Part shown: piece after piece, positions 38,182 through 48,173 of the stretch
Layout: each line of letters opens with the position of its first letter
Position numbering within the stretch: position 1 is the stretch's first letter
Translations under genes and position numbers: made by a program
NCBI GenBank assembly: GCA_049299895.1
Contig: JBAQYF010000019.1
Location: forward strand, 71,709-135,708
Direction: 5' to 3'
DNA length: 64,000 nucleotides
From: Candidatus Altiarchaeia archaeon
GTDB taxonomy: Archaea > Altiarchaeota > Altiarchaeia > IMC4 > QMZM01
Notes under the pieces: generated by a model
What the model saw: the letters and a program-made list of their open reading frames with translations, nothing else
What the model was told of the DNA's origin: nothing
Database searches by the model: none

Positions 38182-38970
38182 CTATTTCAGCTCCTTATTC
38201 AGTATGTTCTGGAACCGCGTTGTCGAGATATAATGATCGGCGAGCAGTTTCCCGTTCCAGATCAAACTGAACGATGCGTATATCGCAGGCGCATTCTGCG
38301 CTTCCTTCGGCGTTTTCAGCTCCGTTACTTTAAGTTTCACGCCTTTTTTCTTTGCCGTTTCCTCTAATTCAGGAATGGATCTTGCGACCCACGGGCATTG
38401 ATTGGAATAGACGATGTTTAGTCCCTTGTATCCGGCCAACCGTTTTTCGGTTTCCTTGAAGTTTGGCAGGGGCCCCTTTTTAAGGGATTTTACCATCAGT
38501 TCAAATGATGGCTTTGCATGCGCAACAGACACAAATCCGTTCTTTTTGAACAGGTCGATACCCGCCATGAAAGACCCTTCGCTGGTAACTGCTGCGACGC
38601 CGTATTTCCCCGCCTCCTTCGCTTCCTTTACGCATTCGTCCAATAGAAGCGACCCGTAGCCCTTGTTCTTGTATTTGTTCGGCGTAACCCAGATGCAATG
38701 GATGAACAGGTAGCCGGGCGCATCAACAGCCCTCCAGGCATTCTCCCCGGGTGCGTATTCGATGAAACCTATGCTCTTCTTTTCCTTTTCAGAGTAGAGA
38801 GCCTTGATCTTGAGGCCCTCTGAAAAGCGCTTTTTCAGCCAGTCCCTCTTTAAGACGTATCCGTCGTTTTTGGGATTCAGAAAACAAACGGGGGGATACT
38901 CCGATATATTGTTTTCATCGATCCCGACGATCCTTGTTTCAGGCATGATAAATATTATCAATCCGTTCAA
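38182..38970 (-). CDS. GNAT N-acetyltransferase fused to a C-terminal YoaP-like domain
   Basis: GNAT core (GYLFIHCIWV...KNKGYGSLLLDECVKEA). The C-terminal approximately 90 aa resemble YoaP-like domains. Confidence 0.6.
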   Translation of the reverse strand: MNGLIIFIMPETRIVGIDENNISEYPPVCFLNPKNDGYVLKRDWLKKRFSEGLKIKALYSEKEKKSIGFIEYAPGENAWRAVDAPGYLFIHCIWVTPNKYKNKGYGSLLLDECVKEAKEAGKYGVAAVTSEGSFMAGIDLFKKNGFVSVAHAKPSFELMVKSLKKGPLPNFKETEKRLAGYKGLNIVYSNQCPWVARSIPELEETAKKKGVKLKVTELKTPKEAQNAPAIYASFSLIWNGKLLADHYISTTRFQNILNKELK

Positions 38971-39002
38971 TAAAACACTTGAAAGACGTAATACAGGAGT
39001 CG

Positions 39003-40190
39003 TTAGACGTCGACGTATACCTCTGTCAGTTTGGAATTGTTCAATAGAACTACTTTTGAATCGACGATCCCCGTATTGCAGGGAAGGTCCCCGGGATAAT
39101 AGCCGCAGGTCGTATCGAGCGTTATCCAGTTGCCGTATTCGTCCGGGAGGCTGACGACGTAGGGCACGTCATAGGTCTTTCGGATGTCCTGCTTGATCTT
39201 TTCAGTCGACTCGTTGTCCCCGGAGTAGAATGCAGCGAACATATGATCGTCGGAGTAATACAGTTTTGTCGTCCCGCCTATGGATTCAACTAGCGAAGAG
39301 AGGAGGAATGCCTGGTCCTCGCAGTCCCCGACTCCCGAATCGAGCGTCTCGTCAGGCATCATCCAGTAGTCCTTTCCCCTGGGATCGTTTACATAAGCTA
39401 TGTTCGCCCGTACCCAGTCGTACAGGGCGTATATCTGCGCAGTATTGTATTCCCCGGAATGTTCCGATGCCGTCTCGCCGACGACGGAGCGCACGGGGGA
39501 GCTTACGGGCGTAACGTACCGGTTGACCTTCGCCGAAACAATGAGGCCCGGTTTTTCCATTTTGAGGGCCTTATAGCTATCGAATTTTTCAGGTATGGAG
39601 ACGTTCACGGTCTTTGGACATACCACCCCGAGATCTGCCCATGAGACGTTATCTGTGTCTGCGCTTTCCGGTCCGGGGGATGTGACCCGGGCCATGAGCC
39701 CCGTGCAAACCTCGTATTCCACGTCTCCACCCAGGCCTGAGACGTCCAGATAAACGGCGCCGAGCGGGACCGATCCGTCCCATGTGTAGAGGTAATCGTA
39801 CGCCATATATTCGGCAGACGCCGCCGCGTCCATATCTGATCCTGCGCGCCTTAAGCCGTAGGAATAAACAAACAGGGTGTCGTTGCCCATGTTCTCCGCG
39901 GAGACGGCAGCTACGCCGACGCCGGGCTCGTACAGCTTCATTCCGCTGACGTCGAACATGATGTCGTAATCTGCCTGCGCATTTTTGGCATCCGGTCTGG
40001 AAGCCGGCCGCCCCTGGCGGAAGCTCTCGACAACCGGAACCGTGAACTCGGAGGAATTGACGGAAGGGTCCGTTCCCGTCAGAGAGAAGCCCCGGGTCGA
40101 GAAATGGTATAGCAAGGCGAGCACCGGAATCGCGAGGAGGACTATTGTCGTAAACAGCAAGGCTGCATAAAATTTCGTATTGGAAGACAT
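39003..40190 (-). CDS. Transglutaminase-like cysteine protease-fold protein, membrane anchored
   Basis: N-terminal TM. Transglutaminase-core cysteine motif GVGDCEDQAFLLSSL. Confidence 0.6.
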   Translation of the reverse strand: MSSNTKFYAALLFTTIVLLAIPVLALLYHFSTRGFSLTGTDPSVNSSEFTVPVVESFRQGRPASRPDAKNAQADYDIMFDVSGMKLYEPGVGVAAVSAENMGNDTLFVYSYGLRRAGSDMDAAASAEYMAYDYLYTWDGSVPLGAVYLDVSGLGGDVEYEVCTGLMARVTSPGPESADTDNVSWADLGVVCPKTVNVSIPEKFDSYKALKMEKPGLIVSAKVNRYVTPVSSPVRSVVGETASEHSGEYNTAQIYALYDWVRANIAYVNDPRGKDYWMMPDETLDSGVGDCEDQAFLLSSLVESIGGTTKLYYSDDHMFAAFYSGDNESTEKIKQDIRKTYDVPYVVSLPDEYGNWITLDTTCGYYPGDLPCNTGIVDSKVVLLNNSKLTEVYVDV

Positions 40191-40225
40191 CTTGTTATAT
40201 ATTATAGGAGATATTAATAACTATC

Positions 40226-40702
40226 TTGAATACATTTAAAAACATGGACATATCAATAAAGGTTTATCTCTGCGGCATGCTCGTATTGTCGGTCCTCGGG
40301 CCTGCAAGCATAGGATTGCTGCTCGTAAAAGAATCCTGGGCTGGCGGTTTAGGCCTTGTCATAAGCATAATAGAGATATTCTGGATGCTTGTATCTGTCC
40401 TGCTATTCCTTTATGCATTGCTCAAACCGCAAAAAGAGAGCAGGTCCGCCGCACTTGCATTGTATTACATAATATACAGTGGCTCGCTGATGGTCATCCT
40501 CTTCATTGGAGCAATCGGAGGGGTCGATACAAAAGACCTGAACAGTCCAGTCACGCAGGCGTCTTATGCATCCTACGTTCTATTCTATCTATCGGTCGCA
40601 GTATTCTCTGTTTATCTCTTGCGCGGCAGGGAGGATCCCGGGGAAAAGAAAAAAGCGCTCAGGCAGGGCAGGAAAAAGGTCGGCCTGTTTGCCGCGAGAT
40701 AA
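40226..40702 (+). CDS. Membrane protein, 4 TM, hypothetical
   Basis: 158-aa hydrophobic ORF with a basic C-terminal tail. Confidence 0.35.
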   Translation: MNTFKNMDISIKVYLCGMLVLSVLGPASIGLLLVKESWAGGLGLVISIIEIFWMLVSVLLFLYALLKPQKESRSAALALYYIIYSGSLMVILFIGAIGGVDTKDLNSPVTQASYASYVLFYLSVAVFSVYLLRGREDPGEKKKALRQGRKKVGLFAAR

Positions 40703-40749
40703 CAGCATCAAAAGGATATTTTTTCTCCCCGTCCAATATATCTCATAAG

Positions 40750-41304
40750 ATGAAAGTCCTGTTCGCAACGAGCAACCCCCACAAGGTCAAAGAGGCCGTA
40801 GGCGTGGGAAAAGATTATGGGATAGAGTTCGTCCAGCTCAAAGAGAGCTATCCTGAGATCAGGGACGAGGACGTTGCCAAAATAGCAGAGGACGGGGCAA
40901 GGCATATCCATGACAACACAAAGAAGCCAGTCGTTGTCGACGACACAGGATTATATATCGATGCGCTCAACGGATTTCCCGGGCCTTTTTCCGCTTATAC
41001 CTTCAAGAAGGTCGGCTGCCAGGGCATCCTGCGCCTCATGGACGGCATGAATAACAGGGACGCCGTGTTCGTTTCCGCCGTCGGGTACTGCGACGGGAAA
41101 AAGCTTCTCACTTTCAGGGGCGAATGCAAAGGGACCATTACGAGCGCCATGCGCGGGCCTCCGGTCTTCGGCTATGACCCGATCTTTCTGCCTGAGGGGC
41201 AGGATAAGACGTTTGCGGAAGACGGGCAGATGAAGGATCGCGTCTCCCACCGGAGGAAGTCATTTGACGCCTTCTGCAGGTGGTTCGTATCAAAAAACAA
41301 ATAA
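40750..41304 (+). CDS. Non-canonical purine NTP pyrophosphatase (HAM1/RdgB ITPase family)
   Basis: MKVLFATSNPHKVKE... start. FxxxGxxxSxxxxD-type motifs. About 185 aa. Confidence 0.85.
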   Translation: MKVLFATSNPHKVKEAVGVGKDYGIEFVQLKESYPEIRDEDVAKIAEDGARHIHDNTKKPVVVDDTGLYIDALNGFPGPFSAYTFKKVGCQGILRLMDGMNNRDAVFVSAVGYCDGKKLLTFRGECKGTITSAMRGPPVFGYDPIFLPEGQDKTFAEDGQMKDRVSHRRKSFDAFCRWFVSKNK

Positions 41305-41314
41305 TTCAAAGAAA

Positions 41315-41992
41315 ATGGAATACAAGATAAGAGGCAGTATAATGCAGGTAGTCGACGTTGAATTGAATGCTGGCGAATCTGTGTACACCGAATCAGGCGG
41401 CATGGTCTGGATGTCTCCGAATATGGAGATGTCGACGAACACCAAAGGGGGATTGATGAAGGGCCTGGGCAGGATGCTTGCAGGCGAGTCGCTTTTCATG
41501 ACATCTTACAAGTGCACGGAAGGAAAGGGCTTGATCGCATTCTCCAACGAGTTCCCGGGAAAGGTCGTGGAATTGAATCTAGCCGCGGGGCAGGAAATAA
41601 TAGCGCAGAAAGACGCGTTCATGTTCGCGGAAAGCACAGTCACGATGGCTATGCATTTTCGTAAGAAGCTCGGAGCGGGCCTGTTCGGAGGCGAGGGATT
41701 CATAATGCAGAAGCTCACAGGCCCGGGTAAAGCGTTCCTTGAACTCGGAGGCGAGATAACGGAATACACGCTGAAAGAGGGCCAGGTCCTCAAAGTAGAC
41801 CCCGGGCACGTCGGCGCATTCGAGCCCACGGTCAATTTCGACGTATCGATGGTCAAGGGCGTGACCAACATGTTCTTTGGCGGAGAAGGACTGTTCCTCG
41901 CGCAGCTCACAGGCCCTGGGAAGGTGTGGCTGCAGTCGATGACAGTGAACAATCTTGCATCGAGAATAATTGCATCCATGCCCGGCAAGTAA
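41315..41992 (+). CDS. AIM24/DUF124 (TIGR00266) family protein
   Basis: Repeated beta-helix-like segments (...NAGESVYTESGGMVWMSPNMEM...GEGFIMQKLTGPGKAFLELGGEI...) are typical of the AIM24 family. Likely start MEYKIRGS. Confidence 0.65.
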   Translation: MEYKIRGSIMQVVDVELNAGESVYTESGGMVWMSPNMEMSTNTKGGLMKGLGRMLAGESLFMTSYKCTEGKGLIAFSNEFPGKVVELNLAAGQEIIAQKDAFMFAESTVTMAMHFRKKLGAGLFGGEGFIMQKLTGPGKAFLELGGEITEYTLKEGQVLKVDPGHVGAFEPTVNFDVSMVKGVTNMFFGGEGLFLAQLTGPGKVWLQSMTVNNLASRIIASMPGK

Positions 41993-42207
41993 ACCAATTA
42001 AAGCAAAAATGGATCTTTTTTCCATTCTTTTATTTCTTTTTATCGGGGCGGGGGTAATAGGCTTGGCGCTCTCCCTGCTCACCGGATTCGGGGTATGGCT
42101 CGTGCAATTGTTCTACGCCGTATACCATGCGCTCTTCGTAAAAGAGGATAAGAGCAAGGGCAAGAATATGGATTACAGCATAGAACAGGGAAAAGAGATC
42201 AAATAGA

Positions 42208-42840
42208 TTAGAATTCCGCGAGCAGGCTGGTTACTTCCACGTCTCTCATGTCGTGGAAGTCTTCGTAGAATGACGCTACAGCGAAACTGCTGGTGCGTTT
42301 CTCCCAGAACGTGACCACTTCGTCTGCGTATTTTCTTATCTTGTCTGCCGCATCTTTAGGGGATACGGGAACTGCTGCTATCACCTTTTTAGGCCCCTGC
42401 TTTCTTACGGATTCGATAGCCGCTATCATCGTGTAGCCGGTCGCCAGGCCGTCGTCCGTGATTATGACCGTCTTTTCGCGCAGCGCGGGCAGGGGTTTGT
42501 TCCCGCGGTATATCTTCATGCGGCGCCGTATCTCTTTGTAGACTCCGTCTGCTATCTTCCGTATCTCTGATTCATCGAGGCGCAATTCTTCTGCTATCCC
42601 GGGATTCAGTATGACGTCGCCCGCCGAGGTTACGGCGCCGAATCCCACTTCCGGGCTCCAGGGGATCGGGAGCTTGCGGGGTATTATCACGTCAAGAGGT
42701 GCGTTAAGCGCTTTTGCTATCGGGTAACCTACCGGCACCCCTCCCCGGGGTATGCCCAGGACTATCACGTCCTCCCCTTTGTATTTTTCCAGGGGCTTTA
42801 TCAGCGCTTTCCCTGCATCCAGCCGGTCTTTGAACAGCAT
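42208..42840 (-). CDS. Predicted phosphoribosyltransferase (COG1926)
   Basis: PRTase type I fold with the PRPP-binding loop VIITDDGLATGYT. Confidence 0.7.
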   Translation of the reverse strand: MLFKDRLDAGKALIKPLEKYKGEDVIVLGIPRGGVPVGYPIAKALNAPLDVIIPRKLPIPWSPEVGFGAVTSAGDVILNPGIAEELRLDESEIRKIADGVYKEIRRRMKIYRGNKPLPALREKTVIITDDGLATGYTMIAAIESVRKQGPKKVIAAVPVSPKDAADKIRKYADEVVTFWEKRTSSFAVASFYEDFHDMRDVEVTSLLAEF

Positions 42841-42948
42841 GTTTTTCGTTTATCAATTGTTTTTTATTCCTTATTACATGGTCCAAAGCGTACCCGGAGA
42901 AGATAATAAACATAGGAGCAATCAGTTATCCGCCGGAGGGATAACGTA

Positions 42949-43719
42949 TCAGATTCTCAGGAGTTCGAGCAATTCCTTATGCACCAGGCCGTTCGAGGCG
43001 ACGGCGTCCTTCGATTTCAGGTTGAAGGATTTTCCGTCTATGTCCGATACTATGCCGCCTGCCTCTCTTACGATGAGTGTCCCGGAGGCTATGTCCCATG
43101 GATTCTGTTTCAGCATAAAGAATGCGTCGACCCTGCCGCAGCCGAGGTAGGATAGTTCCAGCTCCGATGCGCCTATCTGCCGCATCCGGTCGGTCACGGG
43201 CTTTATTTTAGAGTACGCAATGATCGCCTTATTCACTGTCTCCGGGTCGTGGCCGTGGCAGAAGCAGACGAACGCGTCGCGGATACTGGCTTTTGCAGAT
43301 ACCCTTATTTTTTGGTCATTCAGATACGCTCCCATCCCGTCAACTGCATGGAAGAGTTCGTCCTGGAAGGGGTAATATACTACGCCCAGAACGGGCACGT
43401 CGTTCTTTGCAAGGGCAATGGATACGTTAAAGAATGGATTCCTTATGGAGTAATTGGTTGTCCCGTCCAGGGGATCTATCACCCATTCGTATTCCGAACC
43501 GGTGTCTTCGAGGCCGGATTCCTCTGCAAGAAAAGAGTATTCAGGGAATTCTTTTTTCAGGGCCTCTTTTATCAGTTTTTCTGAAGCCAGGTCCGAGTCT
43601 GTCACTATGCTGCGGTCTTTCTTGTATCGGACAGAGACCCTTCCGTAGTTTGCCATGAGTATCTTTCCAGATTCATATGCGGCTTCTTTGGCAGCCTTTA
43701 GTTCTTTTTCCAGCATCAT
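42949..43719 (-). CDS. Inositol monophosphatase / FBPase family protein (SuhB-like)
   Basis: WVIDPLDGTTNY metal-binding motif and the IMPase family layout. Confidence 0.85.
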   Translation of the reverse strand: MMLEKELKAAKEAAYESGKILMANYGRVSVRYKKDRSIVTDSDLASEKLIKEALKKEFPEYSFLAEESGLEDTGSEYEWVIDPLDGTTNYSIRNPFFNVSIALAKNDVPVLGVVYYPFQDELFHAVDGMGAYLNDQKIRVSAKASIRDAFVCFCHGHDPETVNKAIIAYSKIKPVTDRMRQIGASELELSYLGCGRVDAFFMLKQNPWDIASGTLIVREAGGIVSDIDGKSFNLKSKDAVASNGLVHKELLELLRI

Positions 43720-43854
43720 CCTAATTTTTTACAAGCAGCTCCGCTCTTTTTTTCATCGCATCGTACAATCGGTTTCCCTGATAAAACATATGGAAAAGAG
43801 TATTTAAGATTCACGCGCGCACATATAGGCCTAAAAACCCAAATAGTTGACCTT

Positions 43855-45564
43855 ATGGCAAAAGAGATATCCTTCGAGATAAAAGACAAGGACATAGCAG
43901 GGAGGATCGCAAGGCTCAGGATAGGGGAGCACGAGCTTGAGACACCCACTATTATGCCGGTCTACAGCCCGATTAGGCCGCTTATAACCCCAAAAGAGCT
44001 TTGGGACACGTTCGGCTGCAGGGCCCTTATGACGAATTCTTATATCATACTCAAAAACCCGCAGTTGAAGGAGGACATCCTGAAAAGAGGGATACATGAT
44101 TACCTGGGCTTCGAAGGGGTCATAGCGACGGATTCGGGCTCCTACCAGCTTATGGAATACGGGAACGTTACTGTCACGAACAAGGAGATCATAGAATTCC
44201 AGGAGAACATAGGCTCGGACATAGCTTCTTTCCTGGACATCCCAAGCCTGCCCGATGCATATAAGCCGAGAGCCGAAGAGCAGCTTGAGATAACGCTTGA
44301 GAGGGCAAAAGAAGCAATCGATGCGAAATTTTTGGTCAACGCAGGGGTGCAGGGCTCAACGCACCTAGATTTAAGAGAGAAGGCGGCAAAAGAGCTTGGA
44401 AAGGATTACAGGCTTTGCGCAGTCGGGGGAATAGTCCGCCTTATGGAGATGTACCGCTTCTCAGACCTTGTAGATATAATATCCACGGTAAAACAGAATC
44501 TTCCGGCTAACACGATAGTGCACGCATTCGGCCTCGGGCACCCGATGGTATTCTCCCTTGCCGTCGCCATGGGATGCGACCTGTTCGACTCCGCAGCCTA
44601 TGCGCTGTACGCGGAGGGCATGCGTTACCTGACGCCTACGGGCACTATGAGACTGGAGGAATTAAGCTATCTGCCGTGTAGTTGTCCCGTCTGTTCAAAG
44701 CACGGGATGGGCATAAAGGAACTGCCCCAGGAAGAAATAGTAAGAGAACTAGCACGCCACAACCTTTATATCAGCATGCAGGAAATAAACACGATTAAGC
44801 AGGCGATAAAGGAGAACGCGCTATGGGAGCTTGTGAACATGAGATGCAGGGCGCATCCGCAGCTCTACAAGGGCCTGCTCACATTGCTGGAACAGGAGTA
44901 CCTCGCGGAATACGACCCGATAACAAAGAGGTCTGCGTTCTACTACCAGGGCATCGAGTCGGAGAAAAGGACCGAGGTAACCAACGTGAAGAAGAGGATA
45001 GCAGGCATCCAGTCGAACAACAAGGCGGAGATAGCGCCCTTCGGAGCGGTTCCCTGGGAACTCTCGGACATTTACCCGTTCAACTCCTTCAGGGACGAAA
45101 TAGAGTACACAGGCTGCAAGATATCGGATCTATCCAAGGTCCGCGCCATAATGGAATACCAGTTCGGAACAGGCGCAGGAGAGCTGATACCCGACAAGGC
45201 AGTGATAAAGAAATCCAAAGCGACCAGGAGGATACGGGGGATATACGTCGGAGGAGAATTGATCGCCGCGGTAAGGGCATCCGATCATTTCATAATACCC
45301 CATGAGAGGCTCGCAGAACAGCTACATGCCAAATTCCCTTATCCCAGGTTGCGCGTAAAGATAGACGATGAAGCAGTCGAGTTCGTAAAAGACGGGAAGA
45401 GCGTCTTTGCAAAATTCGTTACCGACATAGACCCGGACCTGAGAGCAGGAGACGAAATACTCGTAGTCGACAAAGACGACAAACTACTGAGGACGGCAAC
45501 ACTCGTCATGTCCCCGAAAGAGGCACTCGACTTCGAGCGGGGAGTAGCGGCAATAACAAGATAA
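43855..45564 (+). CDS. tgtA: Archaeosine tRNA-guanine transglycosylase (ArcTGT) with C-terminal PUA domain
   Basis: 569 aa. TIM-barrel TGT core. Zinc motif CSCPVCS...H. C-terminal extension and PUA-like end. Archaea-specific. Confidence 0.85.
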   Translation: MAKEISFEIKDKDIAGRIARLRIGEHELETPTIMPVYSPIRPLITPKELWDTFGCRALMTNSYIILKNPQLKEDILKRGIHDYLGFEGVIATDSGSYQLMEYGNVTVTNKEIIEFQENIGSDIASFLDIPSLPDAYKPRAEEQLEITLERAKEAIDAKFLVNAGVQGSTHLDLREKAAKELGKDYRLCAVGGIVRLMEMYRFSDLVDIISTVKQNLPANTIVHAFGLGHPMVFSLAVAMGCDLFDSAAYALYAEGMRYLTPTGTMRLEELSYLPCSCPVCSKHGMGIKELPQEEIVRELARHNLYISMQEINTIKQAIKENALWELVNMRCRAHPQLYKGLLTLLEQEYLAEYDPITKRSAFYYQGIESEKRTEVTNVKKRIAGIQSNNKAEIAPFGAVPWELSDIYPFNSFRDEIEYTGCKISDLSKVRAIMEYQFGTGAGELIPDKAVIKKSKATRRIRGIYVGGELIAAVRASDHFIIPHERLAEQLHAKFPYPRLRVKIDDEAVEFVKDGKSVFAKFVTDIDPDLRAGDEILVVDKDDKLLRTATLVMSPKEALDFERGVAAITR

Positions 45565-45831
45565 TATCCCGTATCCGGCGGTCTGGCAGCATTATCAGAT
45601 AACAACATAGTATTATGCTTTCGTAGTGCCTAACTTTTATAGGTTATCACATAATGATATAACATGGTCTACGTGCGCGCAAAGAAGATAAAGGGCCAGA
45701 CGTATTACTATCTGGTTAAATCTGTCCGCGAGGGCGAAAGGATCAGGCAGGTGTCCCTGGAATACCTCGGAGGGGATCGGCCAAGCGGCGAAAAACTGCG
45801 AAGACTCGAGAAAAAATACCGCAGGAGCGCA

Positions 45832-46431
45832 TCAACGGGCCCATGAGTAGCATAGTTCCTTCAGATCGACGTCATCTATCCTGGGGCACAAACCAGGGTT
45901 CCTGGACTGGATCGCAACGGTCCTGAAACATTCGTCCTTTTTGCTCTGTGTAACAACCATGTCGCATATCGTGGCATTCCTGCCCTGCGACGCGACCTCT
46001 ACGTAGCAGGCGTCCGTCTGAGCGGGATCGCTTATCTTATCGCACAGGGTTATATTCGACATGGTTCTTGCTATCCAGTAATAACAGAGGTCTCTTCCGT
46101 TCAGGACTTTGGCATCCTCGCAAAACGAGGAATCCCCGCGGACCCAGGCGACGCAATAATACTGGTATCCCTCGTCAGGTATCTCGCCGCATATCCTCTG
46201 GTTCCCGGAATACTTGGCGACTTTCACATAACAGATGGATTTGGTATCGTTCACCTGTATCCGGTCGCATGGGGAGGTATCAACGTGCATGAGAGCCGCG
46301 TCCATGTAGCAGCGGTCCAGGTCCACGGTGTCGGAATTCTCCTCGCATATGGCTATCAGATCGGACTTCTTGCTCATGCAGCAGGAGAACAGGATAATGA
46401 ACACTACCAGGATATAAGCCAACTTGTTCAT
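45832..46431 (-). CDS. Cysteine-rich repeat lipoprotein/secreted protein (about eight approximately 25-aa C..D....CY repeats)
   Basis: Probable start MNKLAYILVVFIILFSCC (signal peptide plus lipobox-like). Repeated D..CY...A...D...C units follow. The upstream part of the listed ORF is non-coding. Confidence 0.45.
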   Translation of the reverse strand: MNKLAYILVVFIILFSCCMSKKSDLIAICEENSDTVDLDRCYMDAALMHVDTSPCDRIQVNDTKSICYVKVAKYSGNQRICGEIPDEGYQYYCVAWVRGDSSFCEDAKVLNGRDLCYYWIARTMSNITLCDKISDPAQTDACYVEVASQGRNATICDMVVTQSKKDECFRTVAIQSRNPGLCPRIDDVDLKELCYSWAR

Positions 46432-46703
46432 CGTATAAAGGATTAAACTACAAGGAGATAAATAAACATTTAGATCAATCATGTTATCGCCGCTATTACA
46501 GTTATGGTATTGTTGCATACCCAGCGCACTCCGGAGGGGATCTATATAGTCTAGTATTCGTTCTTGGTAGAAGGCTGACCGTTTACCGTAACAATCTCCC
46601 TCAATCCCCGGATTAAAAGCAGTTCTCAGTCTGCTAACCGGTCGACGCAAGCTTTTTGTCTACATCGCCGAATAATCCCCGGAGGAGACGGTCCCGGAGT
46701 GAT

Positions 46704-47432
46704 TTACGTCTTTATCATGAATCTCACCGCCAGAAACGGCTCCATATTCTGGTGCGGCACTCCTTCCCCGGTGTTGTTGATCTCTATGCTGTAGTCGGAC
46801 ATGTTGAGATCCGGGGGCGGAGCAGCATATAGATTTGTCCGGGTTATTTTGCCCGGGACTGCACCTGTCGGATCGGCGGTAGTTCCGGTATCAGACCCAA
46901 CCAACCAGGCATCGTGCTTGTGGACAGGCATCTGTTCCAGGGTTATGTTAATTGTCTCGTTTCCGCCCCTGGAGCCCTGGGCTCGGTTGATAAGCCCGTC
47001 TCCCTGGCCTTTTCCGATGGGCACCCTGCTACGCATGTCAGGCAACTTGAAAGTAGTGGCACCGTTTCCCCCATACAGGATGCCGATATAAAAATATAAG
47101 GCAGGATAATCCACTATGTTCAGCTCCTGGCCCTCGCACGCAAGCCACCCGGAAGGCACGGTATCCCCGGCAAACATCCTGATCTCCCCGGTATAGACCG
47201 ACGGCCAGCTTGTCCGGCAATCCCCTGCCAGGCATATCCCCGGGGAGGATAACCTGCTGCCCGCGCCTGATATATTTATGTCCCCAGCAAGGCTGACACC
47301 GCCGGACGCATTGACCCCTCCGTTTTTTATTATGACGCTACCGCTCTGGGCCATGAGCATCGCGGAAATCATAAACACTGCGACTACGGACGCAATTTCC
47401 AAACCTCCTGAAGCCTTAAAATTGAATTCCAC
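46704..47432 (-). CDS. Phage tail collar domain protein (MdpB / COG4675-like), paralog 3 of 3, N-terminal TM or signal
   Basis: GEIRMFAGDTVPSGWLACEGQELNIVDYPALYFYIGILYGGNGATTFKLPDMRSRVPIGKGQGDGL...GGNETINITLEQMPVHKHDA matches the tail-collar (PF07484) consensus almost position by position. Confidence 0.7.
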   Translation of the reverse strand: MEFNFKASGGLEIASVVAVFMISAMLMAQSGSVIIKNGGVNASGGVSLAGDINISGAGSRLSSPGICLAGDCRTSWPSVYTGEIRMFAGDTVPSGWLACEGQELNIVDYPALYFYIGILYGGNGATTFKLPDMRSRVPIGKGQGDGLINRAQGSRGGNETINITLEQMPVHKHDAWLVGSDTGTTADPTGAVPGKITRTNLYAAPPPDLNMSDYSIEINNTGEGVPHQNMEPFLAVRFMIKT

Positions 47433-47435
47433 TTT

Positions 47436-48173
47436 TTAAGTTTTTATGATATACGCGATCACCAAGTATGGTTGCATGTTCTCGTGCGAATACCCACTTC
47501 CGGCATTTAGTGTTTCAATAGAACCGTTGGCCATGGATAAGGAGCCCTCCAAGAGAGAATACCGATTGCGGCTGGGATCTATTCCAAAAACATTCCCGCT
47601 TGGAGTACTCGAATCCCCGTTCCCCGCAGCATAAGCCTTCAGCATCCCGGTGTGAGTGTGAAGCGGCATCTGGCTTAAGGTCAAGTTCTCCGACTCGTTG
47701 CCCCCCATCTCGCCAAGGCTTCTATCGGTCAGCCCGTCTCCCTGACCTCCCCCAATAGGAGATCTACCCCTCAGGTCGGGCAGCTTGAAAGTAGTATCAC
47801 CGTCTCCGCCGTATGCGATCCCGATCACGGCGTACAATGCAGGGTAGTCAGCGATGTTCAGCTCCTGGCCCTCGCACGCAAGCCACCCGGAAGGCACATT
47901 ATTCCGTGCAAACATCCTTACTTCTCCAGTTAGGCCCCCGGACCAGGTTGTCCTGCATGTCCCGGCGATGCACAGCTCGGGCGCATATACCTTTGACCCC
48001 GACCCGTAAACGTTTATGTCTCCGGCCGTCTCAATGCTGTCTGAAAGCAACACCTGCCCGTCGCGCACTGTAAAGTTCCCGCTGCAAATCAATGCAGATA
48101 CGAGACAGAACAATAAGACAAATGGAACGATATGCATTTTCTTCAACTTACGCGATTTGTTTTTCAATTTCAC
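47436..48173 (-). CDS. Phage tail collar domain protein (MdpB-like), paralog 2
   Basis: GEVRMFARNNVPSGWLACEGQELNIADYPALYAVIGIAYGGDGDTTFKLPDLRGRSPIGGGQGDGL...NESENLTLSQMPLHTHT. Confidence 0.7.
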   Translation of the reverse strand: MKLKNKSRKLKKMHIVPFVLLFCLVSALICSGNFTVRDGQVLLSDSIETAGDINVYGSGSKVYAPELCIAGTCRTTWSGGLTGEVRMFARNNVPSGWLACEGQELNIADYPALYAVIGIAYGGDGDTTFKLPDLRGRSPIGGGQGDGLTDRSLGEMGGNESENLTLSQMPLHTHTGMLKAYAAGNGDSSTPSGNVFGIDPSRNRYSLLEGSLSMANGSIETLNAGSGYSHENMQPYLVIAYIIKT

